Source: Candidatus Bathyarchaeota archaeon
GTDB lineage: Archaea; Thermoproteota; Bathyarchaeia; Bathyarchaeales; Bathycorpusculaceae
NCBI GenBank assembly: GCA_963768425.1
Contig: CAVYHV010000006.1
Coordinates: forward strand, 64,001 to 128,000
Direction of reading: 5' to 3'
Length of the DNA: 64,000 bases
The position numbers and the translations under genes were made by a program. Numbering within the stretch: position 1 is the first letter of the stretch; every line of letters starts with the position of its first letter. The notes below the pieces were generated by a model. It was not told where the DNA came from. It saw only the letters and a program-made list of their open reading frames with translations, and made no database searches. Shown one piece after another: positions 1 to 11,000 of the stretch.

Positions 1-26
1 TCACATGTTATTTATTAAAGTATTTG

Positions 27-1537
27 TTACATCCCAAGTTTAAGACGACGATAAGTCTGATAATCAACATATTCAATGAAGGGGTTTTCAGCTTGGAATT
101 TCACGTTGACTTTCTGCTGCTTTCGCTTGTCGACAAGTTGGCTTGTGGTTCTAAGCAGGTACGCGTCGCTTCCAGCGCCTGAACCGTAGCTGCCGACCAA
201 AATCAGTTCTTCAGGCTTGGCGACATCAAGAACCGCGGCTAAACTCAGGGGCACGCAGCCCGAGTAGGTGTTGCCGAACTTGTTAATCATGATGCCCAGG
301 CAGATACTGTTCTTCCTTAAAACCGAGTTCCTTGGCTATTCTGACTGGGAACTGAGGGTTAGGCTGATGCGCAACGAAGTAGCCTATGTCGCTTGCTTTG
401 AGGTTGAAGCGCTCCATAAGTTTGCATGTTGCTTTGCGGACATGTTTGAAGTACGCTGGGTCTCCTGTGAATCTTCCGCCATGCATCGGGAAAGGTTCGC
501 CGTCTCTGCGCCAGAAATCAGGAGTGTCAGAGGTGCAGGAGTACCATCCTTCCATTTGGGCGATTACATCGTTTTTCCCGAAAATGAATGCTGCGCCGCC
601 GTAACCGACAAACGTGTCCAGTTCGCCGCCTGGGCAGCCTCTTGGCGCTGCCTGAGAGTTATCTGCGCCGATAGCCATCGCGTATTTTATGCCTGAACGC
701 GGGTAACTGACGAGGGCACAAGCATCTTTAAACATGCTTGTAGCTGCTTTGCATGCAAACTCCGTGTCAACTGCGTCGACGCCTTGTATGTCGCCTTCTT
801 CTTCGCCGAGCTTAAGCACCTGAGCTACTTTGGACGCGATAGGCTTAACTGAGTAGGGATTGGATTCTGAGCCAACGTAGACTTTGCCGACTAAGCTGTT
901 GTCGATGCCTGAATGAATCAACGCGAGTTTTCCAGCTTCCACAGCCGCCGTCACCGAGTCTTCGTCGACAAATGGAACAGCGCGTTCTAACCCTGCTTCT
1001 TTTATTCGGAACCTTGAAGCGTAAACGCCGTAGCCGACGACTCCTGGTAACTCATATTCTTTGTCGGGTGCGGTTACGCGGTATTCTTGATGCGGGTAGT
1101 ACTCGTCGGCTAAAGTGAACGCCAAAGAAATCGTTGGGACAACTTCGCTTTTTCCAACCGAGTAGCGCCTGCGGAAACGCGGAACAACTTCTCTTCCCTC
1201 AAGACTTGCCAAATCAACGTCTTTACCGTCCGATATCAGTTGGTCAGTTATTCTTCCGGGCACACGGATTTTGCCGTTGTGAAAAGAAACGATCCCGTAA
1301 ACAAAGTCTTGAAAGTTTCATAAATTTGTTTGTGGGTTCATTGATGAATGTGCATAACTCAAGTTTTCCTTTGTCATAGAATAGGTCGATGCTGTCCATT
1401 TTTCCGTAGCTTTTTCTGCCGCAGTTGCTGCAGTAATCTCTGACTTCAAAGTATTCTTTGCCGCAGCTTTGGCATTGGCTCGCCCGTAACCTGTCACCTA
1501 AATAAGAAACCCGTCGCTCTATTGGTTCACTGCTCAA
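27..1537 (-). CDS. DUF35 (Zn-ribbon/OB-fold) - hydroxymethylglutaryl-CoA synthase fusion, split by two apparent indels (~1310 and ~290)
   Basis: ORF 1244..1537 has a CQSC..CSNC Zn ribbon. The shifted frame continues FVYGIVSFHNGKIRVPGRITD..VVPRFRR (DUF35 OB-fold) and runs without a stop into HMGCS motifs GSES, EFACKAA, HQPN. ORF 27..290 carries GNTYSG and SYGSGAGSDA. Confidence 0.85.
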
Positions 1538-2739
1538 TCTTTCTTCTCCCCTAAAATGGTTACGTACGCCTTCGTTCCGAAGCCTTCAAACTCCGAAACG
1601 CAACCCCTTTTCGGTGAACCATCAACAAAGCTGACTTGCCGCGCCCCAGCTTGACCTTTCAGTTGACGGTAAATCTCAAAAATCTGTGCTCCGCCAGTGG
1701 CTCCAAACGGGTTCCCATCTGCTTTTAAGCCGCCGTCAGTGTTAACGAAAAGATGTTTGCCGTTTATTTCGTAGAAGTTCTTGTTGTTTTGGTAGCTTTC
1801 ATAGATGTTTTTCCAAGCTGTCCCTGGCTCGATGAAGCCTAAGTCTTCAAGGGAAACAAGCTCCATCATAGTTGACTGGTCATTTACTTCGATAACTTGA
1901 ATGTCGGAAATGGCGGTCTTTGCCATTTGAACAGCTTTTTTCATGGCGATTTCAGCCGCCACGAAACGGGCCAAATCATCCCTTGCCGTGTAGTTCAGGT
2001 AGTCAGTTGCTGAACTGCAGGCTAAAACGTAAACTGGTTTGTCGCAGCGTTTTTTGGCAGTGCCTTCGCTGGTCAGAATCAACGCTGATGCGCCATCAGA
2101 AATCGGTGCAAAATCGTACATGCCTAAGGGTTTATGCGCTGTTTTCCTTGCGTGCAAGACTTGCTCCACCGTGATTGGTCTATGGTACTGCGCATACTTG
2201 TTTTTGGTTGCGTTTGCATGGTTCTTAACTGAAACTTGCGCTAAGGCAACATTGAGTTTTTCGAGGTTTTCGCCTGTTATGTGATGCTTCTTTATGTAGG
2301 CTCTCAGCAGCAGTTCATGGTTGGCTTCTGGGGTGCCGCCTGCAAAGTAGCTCCACGGGTCTTCCAGAAGCATTAGGTCGTCCCGTATTTTATCCCAGCG
2401 GTCCGTCATTTTTTCTATGCCGCCGACCAGAACAGTATTGTAAACTCCAGCCTGAATCGCGTGGCAGGCAGTTAACAAGGCGGCGCTGAAAGACCGAGTA
2501 ACCTCCATTGGCACATGCAGCTCGGTGAGTTCCGAAAGGAAGCCTTCTTCCAAGCCCAGCTTGTTTGTTATCGGGAGAAAACAGTCTGACATGTAGCAGG
2601 CTTCAAGATCTTTGCGTTCTAAGCTGCATTCGTTTGAAGCGGCAAGCCAAGCTTCCTCAATAAGTTTCTCGGGTTCTTTGCCATAATGCTCCCCGAACTT
2701 GGTTCTGCCAACAGCAACGATCGCTGGACGATTTTGCAA
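1534..2739 (-). CDS. Archaeal-type thiolase-fold protein with degenerate catalytic motifs
   Basis: GRTKFG, GIEKMTD, KNHANATKNKYAQY, PISDGASA and GGLK..G.P.GATG..Q thiolase signatures; its stop overlaps the DUF35-HMGCS start. Confidence 0.88.
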   Translation of the reverse strand: MQNRPAIVAVGRTKFGEHYGKEPEKLIEEAWLAASNECSLERKDLEACYMSDCFLPITNKLGLEEGFLSELTELHVPMEVTRSFSAALLTACHAIQAGVYNTVLVGGIEKMTDRWDKIRDDLMLLEDPWSYFAGGTPEANHELLLRAYIKKHHITGENLEKLNVALAQVSVKNHANATKNKYAQYHRPITVEQVLHARKTAHKPLGMYDFAPISDGASALILTSEGTAKKRCDKPVYVLACSSATDYLNYTARDDLARFVAAEIAMKKAVQMAKTAISDIQVIEVNDQSTMMELVSLEDLGFIEPGTAWKNIYESYQNNKNFYEINGKHLFVNTDGGLKADGNPFGATGGAQIFEIYRQLKGQAGARQVSFVDGSPKRGCVSEFEGFGTKAYVTILGEKKD

Positions 2740-3066
2740 GATGAAGCCTTCCCTTTTACTGTAGCACTTAACCTTTTCTGAAAAGGCTATTAAGTGTTTG
2801 CCATATTTCGCGCTATAATTGCCTGAAAAGGCGATTACCTAATGTATCGAGCACCAAAACTGCATTGGCAGGCGATTGCTTGGGGAAAGTGAAAGCTTTG
2901 CTTTACTGGGTCTACAGAGAGAGAATAGACGGCGTCTTTTACACGTGCGATACATAAGAGGACTGCGACAAAGTCTCGTCTCAATGCTACGCAAGGCGGA
3001 AACAGCTACTGCGGCGAATACAAAAAAAGAATCAGCCAAAAACAAAAGAAAAACTAAGCAGCCGCC

Positions 3067-4463
3067 TTAAGAGCCAACATGGTTTATCTCTTTCATAGTC
3101 AACTGGCGTTTGAGGGTTTTAACCATGTTCAGCAGGTTCCTGCTTAACTCAACTGGGTAAACAGGGGCATCTGTCAGAGCCTTGTATTCTTCTGGAAGCT
3201 TAGACAGGTTCTCGGCGGCGTTAGCTCGAATTTGCTCAAGCGATGGAAGAGCATAAGTTAATTTGCCTTTTTCCATCATTTTAACCAGCAGCGGTTCAGC
3301 CTCAACTTTTTCATCTGCCAAAGCAATCACTGTCTTTCTCGAAATTGCCCTCGCGTCGATGAAACGGTAAACCTGTTTTCTTCCTGGAAGCGTGATTTTG
3401 TCCTTGCTTAGCTTCATAATGGGCGTGAAAGTGCCATCAGCCTTCATAGTTTCGCATAGCTTGTAAATCACATCAAGGTAGGGTCTGTCTGCTGAAGTGC
3501 CCATTTTTGTCCCAACTCCAAAAGAATCAATCCAGGCCCCTTTTCACAGTAACTCTTCGATTTTGAATTCGTCTAAATCGCCGCTGGCAAAGATTTTCAC
3601 GTAGTTCAAGCCTTGATCGTCAAGGAACTTTCGGATTCTTTTGCTGTCCTTAGCCAAGTCTCCGCTGTCCAAGCGAACGCCGCCCAGCTTGTAGCCTTTT
3701 GCCTCAAGTTCTTTTGCTATGACGGCTGCTTTTTCAGCACCTGAAAAATCATCGTACGTATCTATTAGAAGCGTGGACTTGTCGGGGAAAGTTTGTGTGA
3801 AGGCTCGGAATGCGTCGATTTCCTTTGGGTAGGACATGATGAAGGAATGCGCCATGGTTCCGAAGACTGGAATGTCGTAAACCTGTCCAGCCAAAACGTT
3901 GCTTGTACCCTCGCAGCCTGCAATGTAGCTGCTTCGCGCCACTTTCATTCCAGCGTCAACGCCAGGCTCTCTCCTCAGCCCAAACTCGATTATCGGCTTG
4001 CCTTTGGCTGCATACACTACGCGCGAGGCTTTGGTGGCTATCATGGTTTGCAAGTTGATTGTGTTGAGCAGGAAAGTCTCAACCAACTGCGCTTCGATTA
4101 TAGGCGCAGTAACTCGGATTAAGGGTTCGTTGGGAAAAGCCAGCGAGCCTTCCGGCATAGCCCAGACTTCACCTGTGAATTTGAAGCCGCCAGGTAATCC
4201 AGAAAATCCGCGTTGAAACCCTGCGTTTTAAGGTAATTCAGGTGCTCTTTGGTGAACGTGATGTTTTGTAGGTACTGGAGACATTGCTCGAGACCTGCGA
4301 AGAGGAAGTAGGAGCGGTTTTCGGGCAGTCGCCTAATGAACAGGTCAAAAGTGGCTGGCTCAAAGTTTTTGTTGTCAAAGTAGCTTGCGCACATGGTTAA
4401 CTCGTAAAAATCCGTGAATAAACTCATGTTTTCCTCTTTGAGAAAGTTAAGAAATGAATTCAT
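3067..4463 (-). CDS. pncB: Nicotinate phosphoribosyltransferase (three ORF pieces, two apparent indels)
   Basis: [63 protein letters not shown]. Confidence 0.93.
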
Positions 4464-4611
4464 GCGTTATTAGAGAATGCGTTTGTGATTTAATTCTTTC
4501 TAGTTGACCGTTCTTTTGAGGGCTTACCTGTCAGGCTATTTTGCGCTTGTACCGTTGGTGTTCTAACAAGTAGATTTAAATCGACTTCAAACTATGAAAC
4601 CGTGATACTCC

Positions 4612-7446
4612 ATGTCCCTGATGTATCCGGTTAAAAGAGTCTTCCGCAACTGGAAACTTTTTACCGCATTCCTGATAGGTTTGGTGCTCGCCGCCACGTT
4701 TTTCGCGTGCATCGACATAAAAGCAAATATTGCGGGGGAGCAGTCGCTTGATCAGCAACTCAAATCAGTCAACACCGACATGGAGTTCACCGTGTGGCTG
4801 AATTTAACGGATTTCAACCAAGCCGTCAGCAACATCACAAGCATAAATGGCGTTAAAAGCGTCGATACAATCGCAAGACTAAACACTGTACCCGCCAAAG
4901 ATTTAGACACCAACTATTCGTCATATATGCAGATGGTTTCTTTCCCTGACACGTCACAGATCTACAATGATTGGACAAACAAGCCAGCAGGAGAGATAGG
5001 TGAAAACCAAACCTGGGTCATTTCGGGCACTCCGATGGCCTCAAAAGTGAAAATCGGAGATAACATAACAACTGAGATATCTTTTCCAACTCCCAATCAG
5101 GGCAACTGGACTACTATCTACCTGAATTTAACTGTGGCTGGGTTTGCAGATTTAACTGATGCGGGTTACTCGCTTGCTTCAGGCAACAGCTTCTTGTATT
5201 ATGGTGGCGCTCCTATAGGTTCACAGCAAATTTACGAATCACGCCAGGACTCGATGATAATAGGTTGGAACAGTACCATCCTGAAGTTTTGGTCAACGAT
5301 GCCAAACAGAACAGTTGACAATACTTTCATGATAACGTGGATCGCTCCAGCCTTCTCAGCCCCTGGAATGTCCAAGCCTCAGAAAACAACGTAAACACTG
5401 TAGCTACAGAAATACAAAACAACGTTCTCTCAAAATACCAAACATTTGGCCAAGTACAAAACAACGTGGATATTGCCTTGAGTAATTTCAATGTTAATTT
5501 TGGGAGTACAATTTATGAATTTGTTATCCTTTCTATTCCAATATTCTTCGTCGCATGGTACCTCGGTTCAACAATCTCCGACGTCTCGTTTAACTTGAGA
5601 AGACGCGAAATCGGGTTACTATCCACCAAAGGTCTCTCAAGCGGGCAAATACAGCGAATGTTCCTTGGCGAAGCAATAACAGTGGGATGCATAGGCGGAA
5701 TAGGCGGGGTGATAGGCGGACTAATCTTGAACCAAGTTTTCACAGGTGGATTCAATGCCAGCGCACTCTTTAACCCCCAAACGTTCAGCCCCTACACAAT
5801 GATTTTCACAATTGCCTTCGGAGTTGCAATCGGCATAGCATCAATGTTTTGGTCAGCGAGAAAGGCATCTAAACTTCCCACGGTTGAGGCGCTAAGAGCA
5901 GTACATGGACACTTCAAACCAGCCATACCGCAAAGTTCTGCCATGGGCAGCCACTTTGCTTGGAACCTATAAAATCATTATTCTAATACTAGGAATAAAC
6001 GTTCCTCTGGCGTTGGCTAACTATGCCTCAGGAGAATTCTACCTTGCAATCCTTCAGACACCAATTAGCCTCTTCGACCAAATCATGACCTTACATTGGG
6101 CCTATACTTTTCTTCTGGGGAATCACAAAACTGCTTATCCAAAACTACCCTGTACTTCAGCGGATGACTCACGCAGTTTTCACGAGTAACAGGTGACTTT
6201 GGCAAATTAGCTGCGAAAAACATAATCCGCAACCCAGCACGTGTTGCCGCTATCGCCTTCATTATTGCATTTATCATAGGCTACGGCGTCCAGGTATCTG
6301 GGCAAACCGCAAGCCAACAAGGCTACCTTATCAGGCAAGTCAAATATAGTGCCGGCGCGGATGTATCGATCAGCGTCTCAAACGCTTCAGAAGTTCCTGT
6401 AATATTGAAGGATATTTTAAGCAATGTTACTGGTGTTAAAAACTACACATTAGTCTGTACGTTGCAGGAGCCACAAACCGACACTGTTGTAAAAACCATT
6501 GATCCTGAATCGTTCCTAGCCACTGCTTACTATGAAAGCGACTGGTTCAGCGGCGCAAGCATGCAGCAAATGTTTACCGAACTCAAAACGGACAACTCCA
6601 CGATTATCCTTGAAAAACGAGTTGCTGAACAACAAAACCTCAAAGTCGGCGATAGTATAGCCATAGACTTCCCATCTGGCGCAAGAACACTAAAGATTGT
6701 AGGTTTCTTCGGACCAGAGATACCTAAAAACGAGCTCCAGCCGACATCAACGATCCCCACTTATCAAGGAGACATTTTCATACCTTACGGAAGCATATAT
6801 TGGTCGTATGTCCCACGGAATCTCTTTAACATGACAGTGGGAAGCGACGCCTACATCGATGAAAGCTTCGACACCTCTATGCTGCTGAGTTTGAATTCAG
6901 GGGTTAACGGCACGGCGGTAGCTGCCAAAATCCAAAGCCTAAACCTTGATGTTTACGGCGTCACTTCATTTGCTCAACAGTGGCAACAAACGTTAAACTC
7001 CCAGGACCAAACAACATTTTACACCCTGCAAGTCCTAGACTTTCAGAATTTAAGCGTTGTATTTGCCTTGCTTTCTGTGACAGTAGGGATGGTTGTTATA
7101 GCGGTTGTAAGCTTAAGTGAGCGAAGCCGTGAAGCAACATTGATGAGCGTCAGAGGGGTATCTTACGGTCAGCTTGTATGGATGTTTCTTGCAGAGAACT
7201 TGGCAGTTATAACCTTCTCGGTTGTACTTGGCATAGCAGTTGGGTACATCTTCGACTACGGTATAATAACGGCGGCCAACGTCGGGAACCCAACAACTCA
7301 TTTACCCGCATGTTACCTATCCCACCAGTGCCTTAACAACCATAGCCAGCTACATAGGGTTAATTTATGCCTCGACGATTGCGGCAATCCTAGTTATGTC
7401 CAGAAGATATGTAACTAAACTTGAAAGGATGGTTAGAGCCAAATGA
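4612..7446 (+). CDS. FtsX/MacB-family ABC transporter permease with two permease modules, split by several indels
   Basis: RRREIGLLSTKG and ERSREATLMSVRG FtsX motifs, large extracellular loops, multiple TM segments; repaired frame ends ..ERMVRAK* at 7446. Confidence 0.85.
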
Positions 7447-8340
7447 GCGGATTAGACATCAAAATTCGAGACCTTGTAAAGGTTCACCAGCACAGGCAAA
7501 ATAGAAGTCCAAGCGTTACGTGGACTAACGTTGGATATATCGTCAGGGGAACTAGTTTCAATTATAGGTCCTAGCGGAAGCGGAAAAACAACGTTGCTCA
7601 ATATCATCGGCGGCTTGGACAAAGCAACTGCAGGCACAGTTCAAGTCGGGGACAAAACCGTAACCACTCTATCAGTTAGCCAACTTGTTGATTTCAGAAG
7701 AAAAACGGTGGGTCACATTTTCCAAAACCTTAACTTGATTCCGACGTTAACGGCTCGGGAAAACGTTGAATTCTCTATGATTGCCTCAGGAGCTCCGCGG
7801 GCTAAAAGGAACGAGCGAGTGCATGAACTGCTTGGAACAGTTGGAATGCTGGATAGGGCAGACCATAAACCTGAGGAGTTAAGCGGCGGCGAGCAGCAGA
7901 GAATCGCGATAGCGGCTGCGTTGGCAAATAATGCACCAGTGCTCCTGGCAGATGAGCCGACTGGGGAATTGGATACGCAAAACGCAAGAATCGTTGTTGA
8001 GTACCTTGTTAAGGTCAACCGCGACCTTGGCAAAACCATTTTGATGGTCACTCACGACCCAAGCGTTGCGAGGGCGTCAAGCCGAATACTTCGAATTGAA
8101 GATGGCTTAATAAAAACCGCGTTGGCACCATCAGAGGTTATTGTGAACGCGAAGGCTGTCTCCTACGTCGACCAGTTGAAGGCAAGAATCGGCGAGATAA
8201 ACATGGAGCTAGACAAGCTGGACAGCGATTTCAAAACCGACAAGATAGGCGGCGACGAATACGTTCAAAAAAGACAAAACCTCAAAAATGTAAAGGACAG
8301 CCTCAAAGAAGAACTCTCAAGAATGGGTGTAATCCCGTAA
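7443..8340 (+). CDS. ABC transporter ATP-binding protein (LolD/MacB-like) with C-terminal helical extension; probable start 7443 with an indel near 7490
   Basis: Walker A GPSGSGKTT, LSGGEQQR, LLADEPTG, VTHD; ATGA overlap with the permease stop. Confidence 0.92.
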
Positions 8341-8424
8341 GGAAATCGGCCATTGCGTTGTTTATAATGGGTATTTTCCTCTTTTCCTAACTTACAGCTT
8401 TAACAACCCGATCTGAGAATACCC

Positions 8425-9273
8425 CTATAATCTGAGAACTAAGTACAATAGACCACTTGCTATTGCTATGACACCAAGTGCAGCGGTAAGATAAGTTATT
8501 TTTTGTTTTCCAGCAACTTTGATTAGAAAATCGATGAGAAATAGGCTAATTATTGTTGAGGTGACGATTGCGATGGCTAAGCCTGGCACCCCTATTGCAG
8601 ATATTGAAGCTGCAACGTTATGCCTGCTCGCAACTAAAGTTAATCCAAAGGCTCCTGCAGCGGCGAAGATTCCCGCAGTGAAGGATAATCTGAAAGTTTC
8701 GTCGGGTTCGATGCCTAGCAGAAGCATGGCGCTTGTTGTAATTCCTGACCTGCTAACGCCTGGAAGAGCAGATATTCCCTGTGTGATGCCTATTAAAATG
8801 TAATCTTTAATGGTGAGGTTTTCCAGTTTTCTGAAAACTTTTCCTTGTTGCTGCCTCTTTTTGGAGTATCTTATCAGCGCCGCATCACCTATGAGGACAA
8901 GACCTATGATTAGCATGGGTATGCCTAAGGCTACCGATGGGATTGAATCTGCGATTAGATATAGTGGAGCAGCAATTATACCAGTAATCACCGTAACGAC
9001 AAGAACATAGAAGAGAAGTTTGCGTTTCATTGGATCTTTTGAACCCGCTAAAACTTGCACTAGTTTGACCAAATCTTTTCTGAAGTAAATTACTGCGGCG
9101 GCCAACGTGCCTATCTCCATAAACAAGCCAAAAGTGTATGCTTGCTGGTACGTGAGCTTTAACAAGATAGTTGACGATACGATTATCTGTGTTTTGCTGC
9201 TTATGGGCAGCCACTCTGAAATGCCCTGAATGATCCCGATTATTATGGAGTAGAGCAACTGGATAACAGTCAT
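8425..9273 (-). CDS. uppP: Undecaprenyl/polyprenyl-diphosphate phosphatase (BacA family)
   Basis: QGISEWLPISSKTQ and PGVSRSGIT motifs; multi-TM. Confidence 0.92.
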   Translation of the reverse strand: MTVIQLLYSIIIGIIQGISEWLPISSKTQIIVSSTILLKLTYQQAYTFGLFMEIGTLAAAVIYFRKDLVKLVQVLAGSKDPMKRKLLFYVLVVTVITGIIAAPLYLIADSIPSVALGIPMLIIGLVLIGDAALIRYSKKRQQQGKVFRKLENLTIKDYILIGITQGISALPGVSRSGITTSAMLLLGIEPDETFRLSFTAGIFAAAGAFGLTLVASRHNVAASISAIGVPGLAIAIVTSTIISLFLIDFLIKVAGKQKITYLTAALGVIAIASGLLYLVLRL

Positions 9274-9654
9274 TGCAGATCAGCTTAGAAATTTAGGAAA
9301 GGCGGGATGTGCAATAAAAGTTTTAGGGTAAACGTGCTGGGGGCTTATCGGAAAAGCTTTCTCAGCAAGAAAACTTTAGGACCATAAACCTATCTTTTAT
9401 TCTTTAACCATTCCAGCAGCGTATTTCAAGAAGCAATTATATCTTCTCCTCGTTTTTGATGCTGAATCTTTGAAGCTCATCTAAAATTGAGGAATAAATC
9501 TAAACCTTTAAGATTCTTAGGCATGTGCTTGCCTGCTGTATCAACAAAATGTATCAACAAAGTGTATATACATTTGACCGACCGGTCGGCTTGTACACAC
9601 AAGAGAGAAGGAGGGGGCCGTTCTTTCATGGCAAATCTACTTGACACGCTCTTC

Positions 9655-10869
9655 TTAGAGCATCGGGAACAATCCAAGTAGTCCGATTATTCCTCCTGCA
9701 ACCACTATTAAAGCGGCTATCAAGAAGGCAACCCTCTCGAATTTCTTGTACTGGTTCCCATTCATGACTTCCTTCTTCGTCACAAGCCGGCCCAAAAAGT
9801 ACAAAGAGGGTATTAGCACAATTGGGAATATGAACATCATATTGAGCATCAGCTGAATGTAGCCGCTTACGACTGTCACAATGACCAGCGCTGGAACGGC
9901 TTCTAAAGCGTAGATCTCAAGGAAGTTGACCCTTGATTTGGGTCCTGTTGAACGTCCCGTGGCTTCGAGGACTCCCCATGCTGAACCCAGCGAAACTACC
10001 ACTAGAGCTAGGAATCCTGCGAAGATGAATCCTAACCCCATTATGGGTTTTGCATAAGTGCCAAATACCGGCAAGGCTTTGGTTAACTCGCTGATGTTTA
10101 TCAGTTTGTCTCCGCTGAAAACGTTTAGCCCAACTACGACAAGTATAATCATGAGGATTTCGGAAACCACTGCGCCGATTAAAGTTTCCAAACGTTCGTT
10201 CTTGAGGTCTTTTACTTCTTTGTGTCTTCGGGAGTCTGCTCCTGAATGGAAATACAGCATCCAGGGCATTATGACGGCGCCGACGCTGGCTGCTAGCAGA
10301 TACGCGAAAGACGGATTCCCGTAAGGCTGAAGAGGCGAAAGGCCCAGCGAAACAAACGAGCCGAAGTTGAAGTGGAACACCAGTGTGGAACTGACGATTG
10401 CAATCATCAGCAGGAAGCTGACGGGTATTAGCACCTTCTCGGCTTGATGATATTGGCGACCGAAAACTATCAGTGTGTGAATCGCGAAGACGATAATTAG
10501 ACCTAAGATTACCGGGAACCCTATGAGGCTGAAGCCAATAGCGATTCCAGCGTACTGGGCAATGTACTCCAAAAAATCGCTAAGACCCATCGGGACTGCA
10601 GCCATTAGGGCGGCTTTTTTTCCAAAGTTGTTTCTTATTTGTTCGCCAAGCCCTTTGCCTGATGCGATTCCAAGGCGTCCTGCTGCGTCCTGTATTATGA
10701 AGAGCGGAAAAATGAGGACTATGAGTATGAAGATCATTCTGTAACCCCAGGCTGCGCCTGCTTGGAGTCCTGTGATGATGGAGGCGACATCTACGTCAGC
10801 TATCATTACGATCCATGCTGGTCCGAAGTTTTTTAGCCAGTCGCTGACTTTTTGGTTCATCTCTCTCAC
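9655..10869 (-). CDS. NRAMP-superfamily divalent metal transporter
   Basis: FGPAWIVMIADVDVAS..QAGAAWGY, GAVIMPWMLYFHS, about 11 TM segments; divergent from a DtxR-family gene. Confidence 0.88.
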   Translation of the reverse strand: MREMNQKVSDWLKNFGPAWIVMIADVDVASIITGLQAGAAWGYRMIFILIVLIFPLFIIQDAAGRLGIASGKGLGEQIRNNFGKKAALMAAVPMGLSDFLEYIAQYAGIAIGFSLIGFPVILGLIIVFAIHTLIVFGRQYHQAEKVLIPVSFLLMIAIVSSTLVFHFNFGSFVSLGLSPLQPYGNPSFAYLLAASVGAVIMPWMLYFHSGADSRRHKEVKDLKNERLETLIGAVVSEILMIILVVVGLNVFSGDKLINISELTKALPVFGTYAKPIMGLGFIFAGFLALVVVSLGSAWGVLEATGRSTGPKSRVNFLEIYALEAVPALVIVTVVSGYIQLMLNMMFIFPIVLIPSLYFLGRLVTKKEVMNGNQYKKFERVAFLIAALIVVAGGIIGLLGLFPML

Positions 10870-10874
10870 GTCTT

Positions 10875-10892
10875 ACTTAGGCTAACCTAAGT
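10875..10892. promoter_or_regulatory. DtxR/MntR-type operator 1
   Basis: ACTTAGG-CTAA-CCTAAGT with perfect inverted arms; matches the TTAGG-N4-CCTAA box of DtxR/MntR regulators. Confidence 0.8.
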
Positions 10893-10913
10893 CAATCGCT
10901 GGAATAAAAACAT

Positions 10914-10927
10914 TTAGGAGCACCTAA
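10914..10927. promoter_or_regulatory. DtxR/MntR-type operator 2
   Basis: TTAGG-AGCA-CCTAA, 37 bp from operator 1; a TATA-like TTTTTATT (minus strand) lies between them. Confidence 0.75.
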
Positions 10928-11000
10928 GTCATTCCGCTTCAACAAAACACATCAAACATCTTAATCAAAACTTATATCACAATCAAGATCACTCTACATA

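Noticed and set aside
2839-3070. Small ORFs on both strands between thiolase and pncB
   Set aside because: No recognisable family or consistent frame; cannot be supported.
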